The position numbers and the translations under genes are program-made. A DNA stretch of 38,205 nt from Gemmatimonadales bacterium (GTDB lineage: Bacteria > Gemmatimonadota > Gemmatimonadetes > Gemmatimonadales > GWC2-71-9), in the NCBI GenBank assembly GCA_036769285.1, contig DAIPLK010000007.1:1-38205 (forward strand), in the 5' to 3' direction. Position 1 is the stretch's first letter. Each line of letters begins with the position of its first letter. A model generated the notes under the pieces. That model saw only the letters and a program-made list of their open reading frames with translations, had not been told where the DNA came from and did not search any database. Positions 24,236 through 33,274 of the stretch are shown here, one piece after another.

Positions 24236-24313
24236 CCCCGAGTCAGCCTGAACGAAGTGAAGGGGCAATGCCTCAGGGTATGCCCCCTTCGCTGCGCTCG
24301 GGGTGACTCGGGG
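24236..24313. repeat. Palindromic intergenic element, copy E (best preserved)
   Basis: CCCCGAGTCAGCCTGAACGAAGTGAAGGGGCA ... TGCCCCCTTCGCTGCGCTCGGGGTGACTCGGGG, with loop AATGCCTCAGGGTA. Lies in the rsmD-recJ spacer. Confidence 0.88.
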
Positions 24314-24319
24314 CGTTCG

Positions 24320-26041
24320 TCACTCGGGCGAGTGCGGCGACAGCGCGCAGAGTCGAGCCTGCAGGGTGGAATGCCCATTCCACTCGTCGGACTCGAGTCG
24401 GAAGGCCGCGTCCACCAGTCCCTCCCCCAACCACGGCACCCGGTCGGCCCACTGGAAGCCAATGGCCGAGAGCCGGGTCGTGCCGTCGTCGAGCGTGCCC
24501 TTGAGGTGCCCGTTTCCGACCCGCGCCCGGCCGATGAACCGCACCCCGCGCACCCCGAATACCGGGCTCGCGTTGCCCGCGCCACACGGCTCGAGGTGGC
24601 GGCACATGCGCTCGAGCTCGCGGTTGGCCTCGTGGAGCCGGAGCTCGAGATCCACCCGCTGTTCCGGCCCGAGATCGTCGGGGCCCAGCGCCTCGCGGGC
24701 GATCCCGCCGAACCGCTCGCGGAACTCTTCGAGCCGCCCGCGGCGGATGGTGAGCCCGGCCGCCATCTGGTGCCCGCCGTATCGCTCGAGCAGGTCGCCG
24801 CAGGCGAGCAGCGCCGCGTGCAGATCAAACCGCGAGATGCTGCGGCCCGACCCCTTCCCCACGTCCCCATCGAACGCAATGAGGAACGCCGGCCGCCCAT
24901 AGCGCTCGACGACGCGCGAGGCCACGATCCCAACCACCCCGGGGTGCCACCCATCTCCGGCGAGCACGAAGCCGGCCTCCCGCTCAGGGTCGCCGGCTTG
25001 TTCCACCTGCGCGAGCGCCTCCTCGAGGATCCGCTGATCGAGCGATTGACGCTCGACGTTGAGCCCCTCGAGCCGGTGGGCCAGCTCCGTTGCTTCCGTC
25101 GGGTCGTCGGTGAGCAGGAGTCGGAGCCCGTCGCCCGCGTCCCCGATCCGGCCAGCGGCGTTCAGCCGAGGACCGAGAATGTATCCCATGTGCCCCGCGC
25201 GGAGTTCCCGCCCGGCGAGCCCGGCCGCTTCGAGCAGCGCGCGGACCCCCGGCCAGCGGCTGCCCGCGAGAAGTCGGAGCCCATGGCGCACAAGCACCCG
25301 GTTCTCCCCGACGAGCGGCACCACGTCCGCTACCGTGGCAAGGGCCACCAGGTCGAGCAGGTGATACGGGAGGTTGGGCGGCAGGCCAAGTGCGGGCACC
25401 AGTGCCTGTACCAGCTTGAAGGCGATCCCGGTGCCACAGAGCGCCTGGGCGCCGGAGTCGTCGTCGTCGCGCTGCGGATCGACGATGGCCAGAGCCGGCG
25501 GGAGTTCGGGCCCGGGAAGGTGATGGTCGGTGACGACGACGCCGATGCCGGCGGCGCGAGCCGCGCGCACCGCCTCGACCGCGGTGATGCCGCAGTCGCA
25601 GGTCACGACCAGCGAGGCGCCCAGGCGCTGCGCGACCGCGAGACCCGCAGGGCCGAAGTCGTACCCGTCGCGGAGGCGATGCGGGACGAAGCCGACGACG
25701 TCGGCGCCCGCCACGCGGAGCGCCCGGGTGAGCAGGGCCGTGGCGCACTGGCCATCCACGTCGTAGTCGCCGTGGACCAGGATGGTCCCGCCGGCCCGGA
25801 CGCTCACGCTGATCGCCTCGACGGCCTCCGCCATTCCGGCCAGGGCAGTGGGATCGGAAAGTCCCGAGACGGAGGGGCGGAGGAAGTCCCGGGCCTCCGC
25901 CTCGGTGCCCTGGCCCCGCTGGAGCAGCAGTGCGGCCAGGGCTCGAGGGATTCCGAGCTGCGCCGCCAGGCCATCGACCGCGGCCGGATCGGGGCGCGGG
26001 ACCAGGACCCAGCGCAGCAGCGGGGCCGGAAAGCCGCTCAC
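24320..26041 (-). CDS. recJ: Single-stranded-DNA-specific exonuclease RecJ
   Basis: Tail of ORF 24320..26233. Start is GTG 26041 or TTG 26044, just after the upstream stop. Motifs GDYDVDG, VVTDHH and a DHHA1 region. Confidence 0.9.
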   Translation of the reverse strand: MSGFPAPLLRWVLVPRPDPAAVDGLAAQLGIPRALAALLLQRGQGTEAEARDFLRPSVSGLSDPTALAGMAEAVEAISVSVRAGGTILVHGDYDVDGQCATALLTRALRVAGADVVGFVPHRLRDGYDFGPAGLAVAQRLGASLVVTCDCGITAVEAVRAARAAGIGVVVTDHHLPGPELPPALAIVDPQRDDDDSGAQALCGTGIAFKLVQALVPALGLPPNLPYHLLDLVALATVADVVPLVGENRVLVRHGLRLLAGSRWPGVRALLEAAGLAGRELRAGHMGYILGPRLNAAGRIGDAGDGLRLLLTDDPTEATELAHRLEGLNVERQSLDQRILEEALAQVEQAGDPEREAGFVLAGDGWHPGVVGIVASRVVERYGRPAFLIAFDGDVGKGSGRSISRFDLHAALLACGDLLERYGGHQMAAGLTIRRGRLEEFRERFGGIAREALGPDDLGPEQRVDLELRLHEANRELERMCRHLEPCGAGNASPVFGVRGVRFIGRARVGNGHLKGTLDDGTTRLSAIGFQWADRVPWLGEGLVDAAFRLESDEWNGHSTLQARLCALSPHSPE

Positions 26042-26069
26042 CAAGGGAGCATATCCTGGACGCACCGGT

Positions 26070-26789
26070 TCACGTCGACCCCGCAGTCTCGGGCGGGTAC
26101 AGGATCGCGCCGCACCCCTCGCAGCCGTCCAGCACGGCGCCGCTCCGGATCTGGCTCCGGCGGTTGAGCGGGATCGTCGTGTGACAGGCACCGCAGGTCC
26201 CGCCCACCAGCGGCACCACCACGTCCCGGTCACGCGAGCGGCGCAGCCGGTCGTAGCGCGTGCGGAGCGGCTTGTCGATCCGCTCGGCGCTCGCCTCGCG
26301 GTCGCGCACCGCCGCCGCCCGCTCGGCCTCGAGGTCGCGCCGCCGCTGATCGAGCCGCGCGCGCTCGGGGGCCTGCTCCAGATCCAGCGCCGCCACCCGG
26401 GTCTCCTCCTCGGTGACCTTTCGCTCGAGCGAAGTGACCGCTTCCGCGCTCCGCACCCAGTCGTCTTCCTCCTTGGCCATCAACGAGCGCGCCAGGTCCA
26501 GCTCGGCCATGAGGGTCGAGGCCTCCTTCGGATTGCGCACCGTTTCCAGCCGCTGCACCCGGCGCTCCTGGAGTACCCGGTAGCTGTCGACCTTGGCCTC
26601 GAGTTCGTCACGTCGCCGCGCACCGTCCGCGGCCGCCCGCCGGGCGGCGGCGACCGCGTCACGCGCACGCTGAACGGCCTGGTCGAGGACGGCGAAGTCG
26701 CCCTGCAGTTGCCTCAGGTGCCGGTCTACGTCCCCGACCGCCGCGTCCTTGGATTGGAGATCGAGCAGCTTGACCAGATCAGCGTGCAT
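26070..26789 (-). CDS. Coiled-coil / C4 zinc-ribbon protein (COG1579, DUF164-like)
   Basis: Long coiled coil followed by a C-terminal CGACHTTIP...CEGCGAILY zinc ribbon. Start is ATG 26789 (MHADLVKL), or GTG 26801. It overlaps the dnaG 3' end. Confidence 0.75.
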   Translation of the reverse strand: MHADLVKLLDLQSKDAAVGDVDRHLRQLQGDFAVLDQAVQRARDAVAAARRAAADGARRRDELEAKVDSYRVLQERRVQRLETVRNPKEASTLMAELDLARSLMAKEEDDWVRSAEAVTSLERKVTEEETRVAALDLEQAPERARLDQRRRDLEAERAAAVRDREASAERIDKPLRTRYDRLRRSRDRDVVVPLVGGTCGACHTTIPLNRRSQIRSGAVLDGCEGCGAILYPPETAGST

Positions 26790-28635
26790 CGGGATCGCCA
26801 CCCCTGTGTTGTCGTTTCACCAGCTCCTCAGGCATCCGGGAGGCGATCTCCTTCTGGAGAAACTTCCGCCGCTCGACCTGGGCAGCGAAATCGCCCGCCG
26901 AAACCCGTTCCCGCATCCGCTTGACCAGCGTGTTGTACTCTCTGCGCAGCGCGCGGGTCTCGAGATCGCCGTAGGCCCCCACGTACATCCGGTCGAGATC
27001 CGGCACCCCGTACTTGGCCTCGATGTTGTTCAGCCACGCCCAGGCTCGGCGCGCCGAAGGTGACAATCCTTCCAAGAATATTGCGGACCCGGCGTTTTCG
27101 GGACTGCACCGCAGGGCGTCGTACACTTCCCGGAACGCGGCGGTCTCGAACCATTCCTCAGGCACCTCCGCGGCCGCGCGCTTCAGCCAGCTGGGGTCCC
27201 GAATGAGGACGCGGAGCAGGTCGCGCTCGGCGGCGTTGACTCTGCGGCGAGGCCCTCCTTCGCGGAGCCCGCCCTGAGCCCGCTCACCGCCGCCGCGACC
27301 CACATCCGCTCTCTGCACCCCTGCCCCGGCCCCGGCCCCCGCCCCGCGCCCGGGCTCCGGGTGCGCCGTCACCTGCTGCAGCAGCACCTCGCGGCTTACG
27401 CCGGTCCGCTCCGACACCTCCTTGAGGTAGAGGTCCCGAGTGATCGGGTCGGCCGCGGCGCGAATGGTGGGCAGGAGGCGGTCGAGCGCGTCGCGCTGGT
27501 GGTCCACCCCCTCGAACCAGCCTTTCTGCTCGAGCAGCTGAATCTTCCGCTCCAGCAGGTCCACCGCGTCGCGCAGGAGAGGCTCGAGCGCCGGCGCTCC
27601 GCCCCGGCGCACGAGCGTGTCGGGATCCTCTCCGGCGGGCAGTGTGGCGACCCGTACGCGCACGCCGTGACGCAGGAGCTCGTCACCCGCCCGGAAGGTG
27701 GCGCGCAGGCCGGCCTGGTCGCTGTCGTACAGCAGGATTGCGGTGGGGGCGAAGCGGCGGAGCAGCGTCGCCTGGTCGGCCGTGAGGGCGGTGCCGAGCG
27801 GGGCCACGACGTGCTCGATCCCGGCGAGCACGAGCCGGAGCACGTCGAAGTAGCCCTCGACCAGAATCACGGACTCCTCCTTCCGGATGGCGCCCTTGGC
27901 CTGGTGCAGGTTGTACAACTGCCGGCCCTTGTGGAAGACCGCGTTCTCCGGCGAATTGAGATACTTCGGCTCGCCCGGACCGAGCAGCCGGCCCCCGAAC
28001 CCGACGGCCCGGCCGCGGAGGTCGTGAATCGGAAAGAGCAAGCGGGCGCGGAAGCGGGGGATCACGCTGCCGTCGTCGCGCATGGCGGCCAGGCCGGCGT
28101 CGAGCAACACCTGCTGCTCGAGCCCGAGCTGCGCCATCGCGACGAGAAATGCCTTGCCTCCCGGCGCGAACCCGAGCCCGTGGAGCGCCGCGGTCTCCAG
28201 CGGCACCTCGCGGCTCTCCAGGTAGTCGCGCGCGCCCTTGGCATCCGGGGACTCGAGCAGCTGGCGGGTGAACCAGTCCTGGGCCACGGCGACGGCGCCG
28301 AACAGCGGCTCGAGCGGATCGGGCCCCGGCCGAGTCGCGCGCTCGGGGATGACGATGCCGACCCGGCGCGCCACCTCCCTGACGGCGGTCGGATAGTCCA
28401 TTCCCAGTCGCTTCATGAGCCAGGAGAATACGTCGCCGCTCTCGTGGCAGACGAAGCAGTAGTAGCGCCCTTTCTTGGGGATGACGGCGAAGTTGCGGTG
28501 GGTGCCACCATGGAACGGGCACGGGCCCCGGTAGTCGGACCCCGTGCGCTTGAGCTCGACCGCCTCTCCGATGATCCCGACCAGGTCCGCGCTGTCGCGC
28601 ACCTGCTCCACGATCTCGTCGGGGATCATGCTCAC
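26779..28635 (-). CDS. dnaG: DNA primase
   Basis: 618-aa ORF with a CHC2 zinc finger (CPFHGGTHRNFAV..YYCFVCHESGD) and TOPRIM (ILVEGYFDV, DSDQAG). The GTG overlaps the mutS2 stop. An alternative start is ATG 28629. Confidence 0.93.
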   Translation of the reverse strand: MSMIPDEIVEQVRDSADLVGIIGEAVELKRTGSDYRGPCPFHGGTHRNFAVIPKKGRYYCFVCHESGDVFSWLMKRLGMDYPTAVREVARRVGIVIPERATRPGPDPLEPLFGAVAVAQDWFTRQLLESPDAKGARDYLESREVPLETAALHGLGFAPGGKAFLVAMAQLGLEQQVLLDAGLAAMRDDGSVIPRFRARLLFPIHDLRGRAVGFGGRLLGPGEPKYLNSPENAVFHKGRQLYNLHQAKGAIRKEESVILVEGYFDVLRLVLAGIEHVVAPLGTALTADQATLLRRFAPTAILLYDSDQAGLRATFRAGDELLRHGVRVRVATLPAGEDPDTLVRRGGAPALEPLLRDAVDLLERKIQLLEQKGWFEGVDHQRDALDRLLPTIRAAADPITRDLYLKEVSERTGVSREVLLQQVTAHPEPGRGAGAGAGAGVQRADVGRGGGERAQGGLREGGPRRRVNAAERDLLRVLIRDPSWLKRAAAEVPEEWFETAAFREVYDALRCSPENAGSAIFLEGLSPSARRAWAWLNNIEAKYGVPDLDRMYVGAYGDLETRALRREYNTLVKRMRERVSAGDFAAQVERRKFLQKEIASRMPEELVKRQHRGGDPDAR

Positions 28636-31073
28636 GCGGAGAACTCCACAATCGTCACCCCGGTCCCGCCCTGATTGCGCGGAGCGAAGCCGAACCGGGC
28701 CACGCGGCGGTCGCCCGCGATGACCCGTCGCACGCGCTCCCGCACCACCCCGGTTCCCATGCCATGAATGATGCGCACGTACGGCTGCTCCGCCAGCACC
28801 GCGGCGTCCACCGCGGCCATCGTCGCCATCTCGGCTTCGTCGCCGGTCATGCCGCGGAGATCGATCTCCAGGGAGGGCGGAGCGGACGGTGAAGACGGAG
28901 CCGACGGAGGGGGTGCGGGTGCCTTCGCCGGCGCGGTGCGGGTGGCCTGGTCCGCCTTCACCACGATCTTCATGGCGCCAATGGCGACGACGAGTTGGCC
29001 GTCCGTGCGCATCTCCAGCACCTGTCCCGTCCCGCCGCTCACCAGCCGGACCCGATCCCCGACCCCGACTTCGCCTCCCCTCGCCGTCTTCTCCGTCCGC
29101 TCCGCCTTCTGGAGCTCCTCTCCCTGCTCCCGAATCCCCTCCTCCACCAGCCGGCGGGCCTCCCGCGCCGCACCATCCGCGGCGCCCCGAGCTGCGCCCA
29201 GCGCTTCCTCGACCCGCTGACGCGCCTCGAGCAGGTAGGCGCGAGCCTGCTGCCGACCCGCGCGATCGGCGTCCTTCTCTCGAGACCTGAGTTCATCCTC
29301 ACGCGCAGCCTGCGACCCCTGCTGCACGTCAAGCCTCGCGCCGAGCGCGTCGAGCTCGACCGTGCGCTCGGCCAGCGCCGCCTGCGCCGCCGCGAGCTCC
29401 CGCTGCCGCTCCTCGACCGACGCGAGCAGCGCGTCGAGGCTCCGCATGGCATCCGGGACCCGCGCCTCCGCATCGGCCAGAATCTCCGGCGCCACACCGA
29501 GCCGGCGCGCGATGGCGAGACCGTACGAGCGGCCGGGCACCCCCTTGAGAAACCGGTAGGTCGGCGTGAGCGTCGCCGCGTCGAACTGGAGCGACGCGTT
29601 GACGACCCCAGGCGTGTGGCTGGCCAGGTCCTTGAGCGAGCCGAGGTGGGTGGTTGCGAGAGTCAGCGTGCCGCGCCCGGTGAGGGAGACCAGAGTCGCC
29701 GCGGCGAGTGCCGCGCCCTCAGCCGGGTCGGTGCCGCTCCCAACCTCGTCCAGCAGCACGAGCGTGGCGGCGTCGGCCTCATCCAGAATCCGGCGCAGCA
29801 TCCGCACGTGCGCGCTGAAGGTCGAGAGGCTCGCCGCAATGCTCTGGCGATCGCCGATGTCGGCGTAGTAGCGGCGGAACACCGGCAGCTGGCTTCCGGC
29901 GCCCACCGGCGGCACGATGCCGCTCTGCGCGAGCGCGGAAGCGAGTCCGACAGCCTTGAGCAGAACCGTCTTGCCGCCGGTGTTGGGACCGCTGATGAGG
30001 AGCGTGCATTCGCCGGCGGGCAGCTCCAGGTCGAAAGGAACGACCGGCTCGGTACCGGCTAGAAGGAGCGGGTGGCGGCCGTTGACCACGACGAGATCCG
30101 CCGGGGCGGCCGTCACCTCCGGCACTTCGCCCTCGACCCGCACGGCATACCGCGCGCGGGCGACGAGATCATCCACTGCAACGCACATTTCCACCAGCTC
30201 GCGGAGTGCCGGCAGCTCCGGCCGCAGCAGCTCGGACAGCTCGCGCAGCACGCGCAGCGCTTCACGCTCCTCCTCGACCTCCGCCTCGCGGAGCGCGTTG
30301 CCGAACTCGATCGCTTCCGCCGGCTCGATGAAGAGCGTTCCCCCTCCGCCGCTCTCGTCGTGCACGATCCCGCCGGGACGGCTCCGCGAGTCGCGTCGCA
30401 CCGGGATGACGTAGCGGCCGCCGCGCACGGTCACGGTCGCCTCCGGGGCCGCGGTGTTCGCGTCGAGGCCGCGGAGCAACGACTCGAGCTTCCGAAGCAG
30501 ACGGTGCCGCGCGGCGTGCACCTCCCGCCGGGCGGCGGCGAGACGCGGACTGGCGGTGTCGAGCAGGTTGCCGTCGGAATCCACCGACTGTTCCAGGCGC
30601 CGCTCCAGCCGCTTGTCCGGCAGCGGCCGGGCCAGCGCTGCAGCGAGCGGCGCCGTCTCCGCCACCCGGCGCAAGTCGGCTTCGATCAGCCGCGCGGCCA
30701 CGAGCACCTGCTGAAGCGCGGCGAGCTGAACCCCCTCGAGCACACCCCCCTCGACCCTCAGCCGGCCGAGCGCGCGGCTCACGTCCGGAATAGGCTCAGC
30801 GACGAGCGCGTCACCCCGCCGGAAGAGAGCCGCCACTTCGCCCACCCGCGCCAGCTCGCCGGCAATCCAGGCGAGGTCGTCGGTCGGCCGGCGGGTGCGG
30901 ACCCGTGCCGCACCCAGGGGCCCCACCGCGCCCGCGGCGACGAGCTCGACCACGTGGTCGAACTCGATCGTCTCGAGCGCCTCGGCGCTGTGCTCCGGGG
31001 GCAAAGGCGACGGGGTGCCGCCCTGCGCGTGGGCCGGCACCCCGGGGGGAGAAATGGATGGCGACTGCGACAT
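28632..31073 (-). CDS. mutS2: Endonuclease MutS2 (Smr domain)
   Basis: 813-aa ORF with Walker A ISGPNTGGKTV, MutS ATPase signature DEVGSGTDP and a C-terminal Smr (IDLRGMTGDEA...IIHGMGTG). Confidence 0.93.
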   Translation of the reverse strand: MSQSPSISPPGVPAHAQGGTPSPLPPEHSAEALETIEFDHVVELVAAGAVGPLGAARVRTRRPTDDLAWIAGELARVGEVAALFRRGDALVAEPIPDVSRALGRLRVEGGVLEGVQLAALQQVLVAARLIEADLRRVAETAPLAAALARPLPDKRLERRLEQSVDSDGNLLDTASPRLAAARREVHAARHRLLRKLESLLRGLDANTAAPEATVTVRGGRYVIPVRRDSRSRPGGIVHDESGGGGTLFIEPAEAIEFGNALREAEVEEEREALRVLRELSELLRPELPALRELVEMCVAVDDLVARARYAVRVEGEVPEVTAAPADLVVVNGRHPLLLAGTEPVVPFDLELPAGECTLLISGPNTGGKTVLLKAVGLASALAQSGIVPPVGAGSQLPVFRRYYADIGDRQSIAASLSTFSAHVRMLRRILDEADAATLVLLDEVGSGTDPAEGAALAAATLVSLTGRGTLTLATTHLGSLKDLASHTPGVVNASLQFDAATLTPTYRFLKGVPGRSYGLAIARRLGVAPEILADAEARVPDAMRSLDALLASVEERQRELAAAQAALAERTVELDALGARLDVQQGSQAAREDELRSREKDADRAGRQQARAYLLEARQRVEEALGAARGAADGAAREARRLVEEGIREQGEELQKAERTEKTARGGEVGVGDRVRLVSGGTGQVLEMRTDGQLVVAIGAMKIVVKADQATRTAPAKAPAPPPSAPSSPSAPPSLEIDLRGMTGDEAEMATMAAVDAAVLAEQPYVRIIHGMGTGVVRERVRRVIAGDRRVARFGFAPRNQGGTGVTIVEFSA

Positions 31074-31522
31074 CAGCCCGCCTGCAGCTCCTCGCGCACG
31101 ATCTGGTTGACCACCTTGCCGTCGGCCCGGCCCTTGAACTTCGGCAGGACCTGGCCCATCACCTTGCCGACGTCCTTGGCGCCACCGGCGATCGCCGCCC
31201 GCACCGCGTCCCGGATTTCCTCCGGATCCACGGCCGGCGGCAGAAACTCCTCGAGCACCTTGATCTGTGACCGCTCGACCTCGGCCAGTTCGGGCCGGTT
31301 GGCGGCCGTGTACTGCTCGACGGACTCCCGGCGGGTCTTGATGCCCTTGCGCAGGACCTCGATGACGTCGTCGTCAGTGGGGACCCGCCGGAGCTCGATC
31401 TCACGGTTCTTCAGGTTGGCGAGGATCGTCCCGAGAACGAGAGTGCGATCCTTGTCCTTGACCTTGCGGGCCGCATTCATCGCGGACCGCAGGGCCTCGC
31501 CCAGACTAGGCTCGGGGGACAC
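31073..31522 (-). CDS. GatB/YqeY domain-containing protein
   Basis: Tail of ORF 31073..31540: L..A.K..D...L..LR-type N-terminus, and EFLP..V...EI...V...I...[10 protein letters not shown]. The start is GTG 31522 or GTG 31540, and both overlap the rpsU 3' end. Confidence 0.8.
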   Translation of the reverse strand: MSPEPSLGEALRSAMNAARKVKDKDRTLVLGTILANLKNREIELRRVPTDDDVIEVLRKGIKTRRESVEQYTAANRPELAEVERSQIKVLEEFLPPAVDPEEIRDAVRAAIAGGAKDVGKVMGQVLPKFKGRADGKVVNQIVREELQAG

Positions 31523-31712
31523 GAGGGGTACGGGGGCCACGACGGTTCTTGCGGACGGCGGCGTTCATCTTCCGCTTCCGCTTCTCGCTCGGCTTCTCGA
31601 AGTGCCGGTGCTTGCGCAGGTCCGATAGGATCCCCGCCTTCTCGCACTTCTTCTTGAACCGCTTGAGCGCCCGTTCGAAGCTCTCGTCATCGTGGATGAT
31701 GACTTCTGGCAT
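31506..31712 (-). CDS. rpsU: 30S ribosomal protein S21
   Basis: [48 protein letters not shown] is a canonical S21. ATG at 31712. Confidence 0.95.
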   Translation of the reverse strand: MPEVIIHDDESFERALKRFKKKCEKAGILSDLRKHRHFEKPSEKRKRKMNAAVRKNRRGPRTPRVPRA

Positions 31713-31768
31713 TCGCTGTCTCACCCCTCTCGAGCCCAGTTAAGGGCAGAAATCGGAATAACTTGTGC

Positions 31769-31797
31769 AATTTAGGACGGCAAGAGACGGGGGGCAA
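31769..31797 (-). promoter_or_regulatory. Candidate promoter for rpsU operon
   Basis: Sits in a locally AT-richer island. Minus strand reads TTGCCC (31797-31792), a 17-nt spacer, then TAAATT (31774-31769), about 55 nt upstream of the rpsU ATG. By eye only. Confidence 0.25.
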
Positions 31798-31877
31798 GAC
31801 AGCGTGGGTCCTGGGGAGCCCCAAGCAGTGGAAACGCCATGGGTCGCGTGCGGAAGGTGCCTTGGATCCGATCCTCA

Positions 31878-32194
31878 GGGTCATGCCGAGCGAAGCGAAG
31901 GATCGGCCCCGGGGATCCTTCCACGAGATGTTCGTCTACCTCCTGGCAAGCCGAACCTGCCGGCTCTATGTCGGCGTCACGAAAGATCTTAGGCGACGGT
32001 CACGGGAGCACCGGCAGGGCCCCGAGTTCGGGTTCACTCCGCGGCCCGGCATCTCGATGGTGGTCCACTTCGCGGTCATTGCTGAGCCGACTGCGGCGAT
32101 CGAGAGGGAGTGTACACTGCGGTATGGGAAGGTCCGGGGGAGAGCCTCGGGCTCAATGCTAGGCCGCCCCACCCTTCGCTCCGCTCAGGATGAC
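31878..32194 (+). mobile_element. Inverted-repeat-bounded GIY-YIG cassette (arms belong to the palindromic element family)
   Basis: Left arm GGGTCATGCCGAGCGAAGCGAAGGATC (31878-31904) is the reverse complement of right arm CCACCCTTCGCTCCGCTCAGGATGAC (32169-32194) at about 21 of 26 positions. The GIY-YIG ORF lies between them. Confidence 0.6.
31883..32193 (+). pseudogene. GIY-YIG nuclease family protein (COG2827/UPF0213-like), apparently frameshifted
   Basis: MFVYLLASRTCRLYVGVTKDLRRRSREHRQG.EFGFT matches the GIY-YIG core ([FY]VY.LAS...LY.GVT.DL.RR..EH..G...FT). The frame from ATG 31883/31928 has no stop until 33961 and runs antisense through three genes. The conserved-position Trp (32125) and a TGA (32191) lie in another frame. 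Confidence 0.55.
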
Positions 32195-32223
32195 ATTCAA
32201 GGGCATTCCCGCCTGCGGCCGGG

Positions 32224-32571
32224 TCACCCCGGCGGCCAGGCCATTCTCCGCCCTCCCAGCACATGCAGATGCAGGTGCTCCACGCTCTGGCCCGCATCCG
32301 GGCCCGTATTCGTCACGATCCGGTACCCGCCCGCATCCAACCCGAGTTCGCTCGCCGCTTCCGCCGCAAACCCCAGCAGCCTCCCAAGCATCGCTTCCCC
32401 CTCAGAGCCCGCGGCGTTCCGCACCGCGGCGATGTGCCGCGTGGGAATGATTAGCACGTGCACTGGCGCCTTGGGCGCGATGTCGTGGAATGCGATCGCG
32501 TCGGCGCTGCGCTTCGCGATCTTCGCCGGGATCTCGCCCGCCACGATCCTACAGAAGAGGCAGTCAGCCAT
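32224..32571 (-). CDS. HIT family (histidine triad) nucleotide hydrolase
   Basis: 115-aa ORF with CLFCRIVAGEIPA and the histidine triad HLHLHVLGG. Confidence 0.92.
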   Translation of the reverse strand: MADCLFCRIVAGEIPAKIAKRSADAIAFHDIAPKAPVHVLIIPTRHIAAVRNAAGSEGEAMLGRLLGFAAEAASELGLDAGGYRIVTNTGPDAGQSVEHLHLHVLGGRRMAWPPG

Positions 32572-33274
32572 GTGTCCCCCGAAGTCTGGCCGCGGTCACC
32601 GCCGCGGCGGCAGCGAGCGCCGCGGTCTCGAAACGAAGCGTGTGCGGCGCGAGCATTGTCGGTCGGTAGCCGGCCTTCACGAGCATCGAGTGCTCCGCGG
32701 CGCTCAGGCCACCTTCCGGTCCGATTACCACCGTCACGGGCGTGTCGTCCAGCACCGGTGGCGGTGTCTCGCCGGCGGCGTCGGCCAGCCAGCGGAGGCC
32801 GCCCCCGGTGGCGACGGCGAATTCGGCCAGCGGCACCGGCGCCTCCACCTGCAGCGCCCAAGCCGCGCCGCACTGCTTGATCGCTTCCAGGGCCTGCCCG
32901 CGGAGTTTGGCCAAGTGGGTTTCGCGAAGCCGCGTGGCGACGCCGCTCGCGCGCTCGGTCTCCAGCGGCACGACGCGGGTGACACCCAGCTCCGCCGCTT
33001 TCTCCACCAGCCACGAGAACCGCTCCCGGTCCCCTGCGCCGATGGCAAGCGTAAGCGGGGCTGGCCGGGCGCGCTGCTCGACCATCTCCACGGCCACCAT
33101 CCACTCGCGGCCCGCAGCCACCAGCCGGCCGGTCCCGACGAGCCCCGCGCCATCGCGCAGCGCCACGAGGTCACCGGCCCCGGCCCGGCGCACCCGGAGG
33201 TGACGTTGCTCGCCCTCGCTGACCCGCTCGCGCCGACCGGCGGTGACGCCGGGCGGAACGAGCACGGTCATCAT
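32564..33274 (-). CDS. rsmE: 16S rRNA (uracil1498-N3)-methyltransferase
   Basis: Tail of ORF 32564..33298. The ATG at 33274 overlaps the prmA stop (ATGA). Motifs HL.VRR PUA-like N-terminus, VIGPEGGLS and LRFETAALAA. Confidence 0.88.
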   Translation of the reverse strand: MMTVLVPPGVTAGRRERVSEGEQRHLRVRRAGAGDLVALRDGAGLVGTGRLVAAGREWMVAVEMVEQRARPAPLTLAIGAGDRERFSWLVEKAAELGVTRVVPLETERASGVATRLRETHLAKLRGQALEAIKQCGAAWALQVEAPVPLAEFAVATGGGLRWLADAAGETPPPVLDDTPVTVVIGPEGGLSAAEHSMLVKAGYRPTMLAPHTLRFETAALAAAAAVTAARLRGTHG

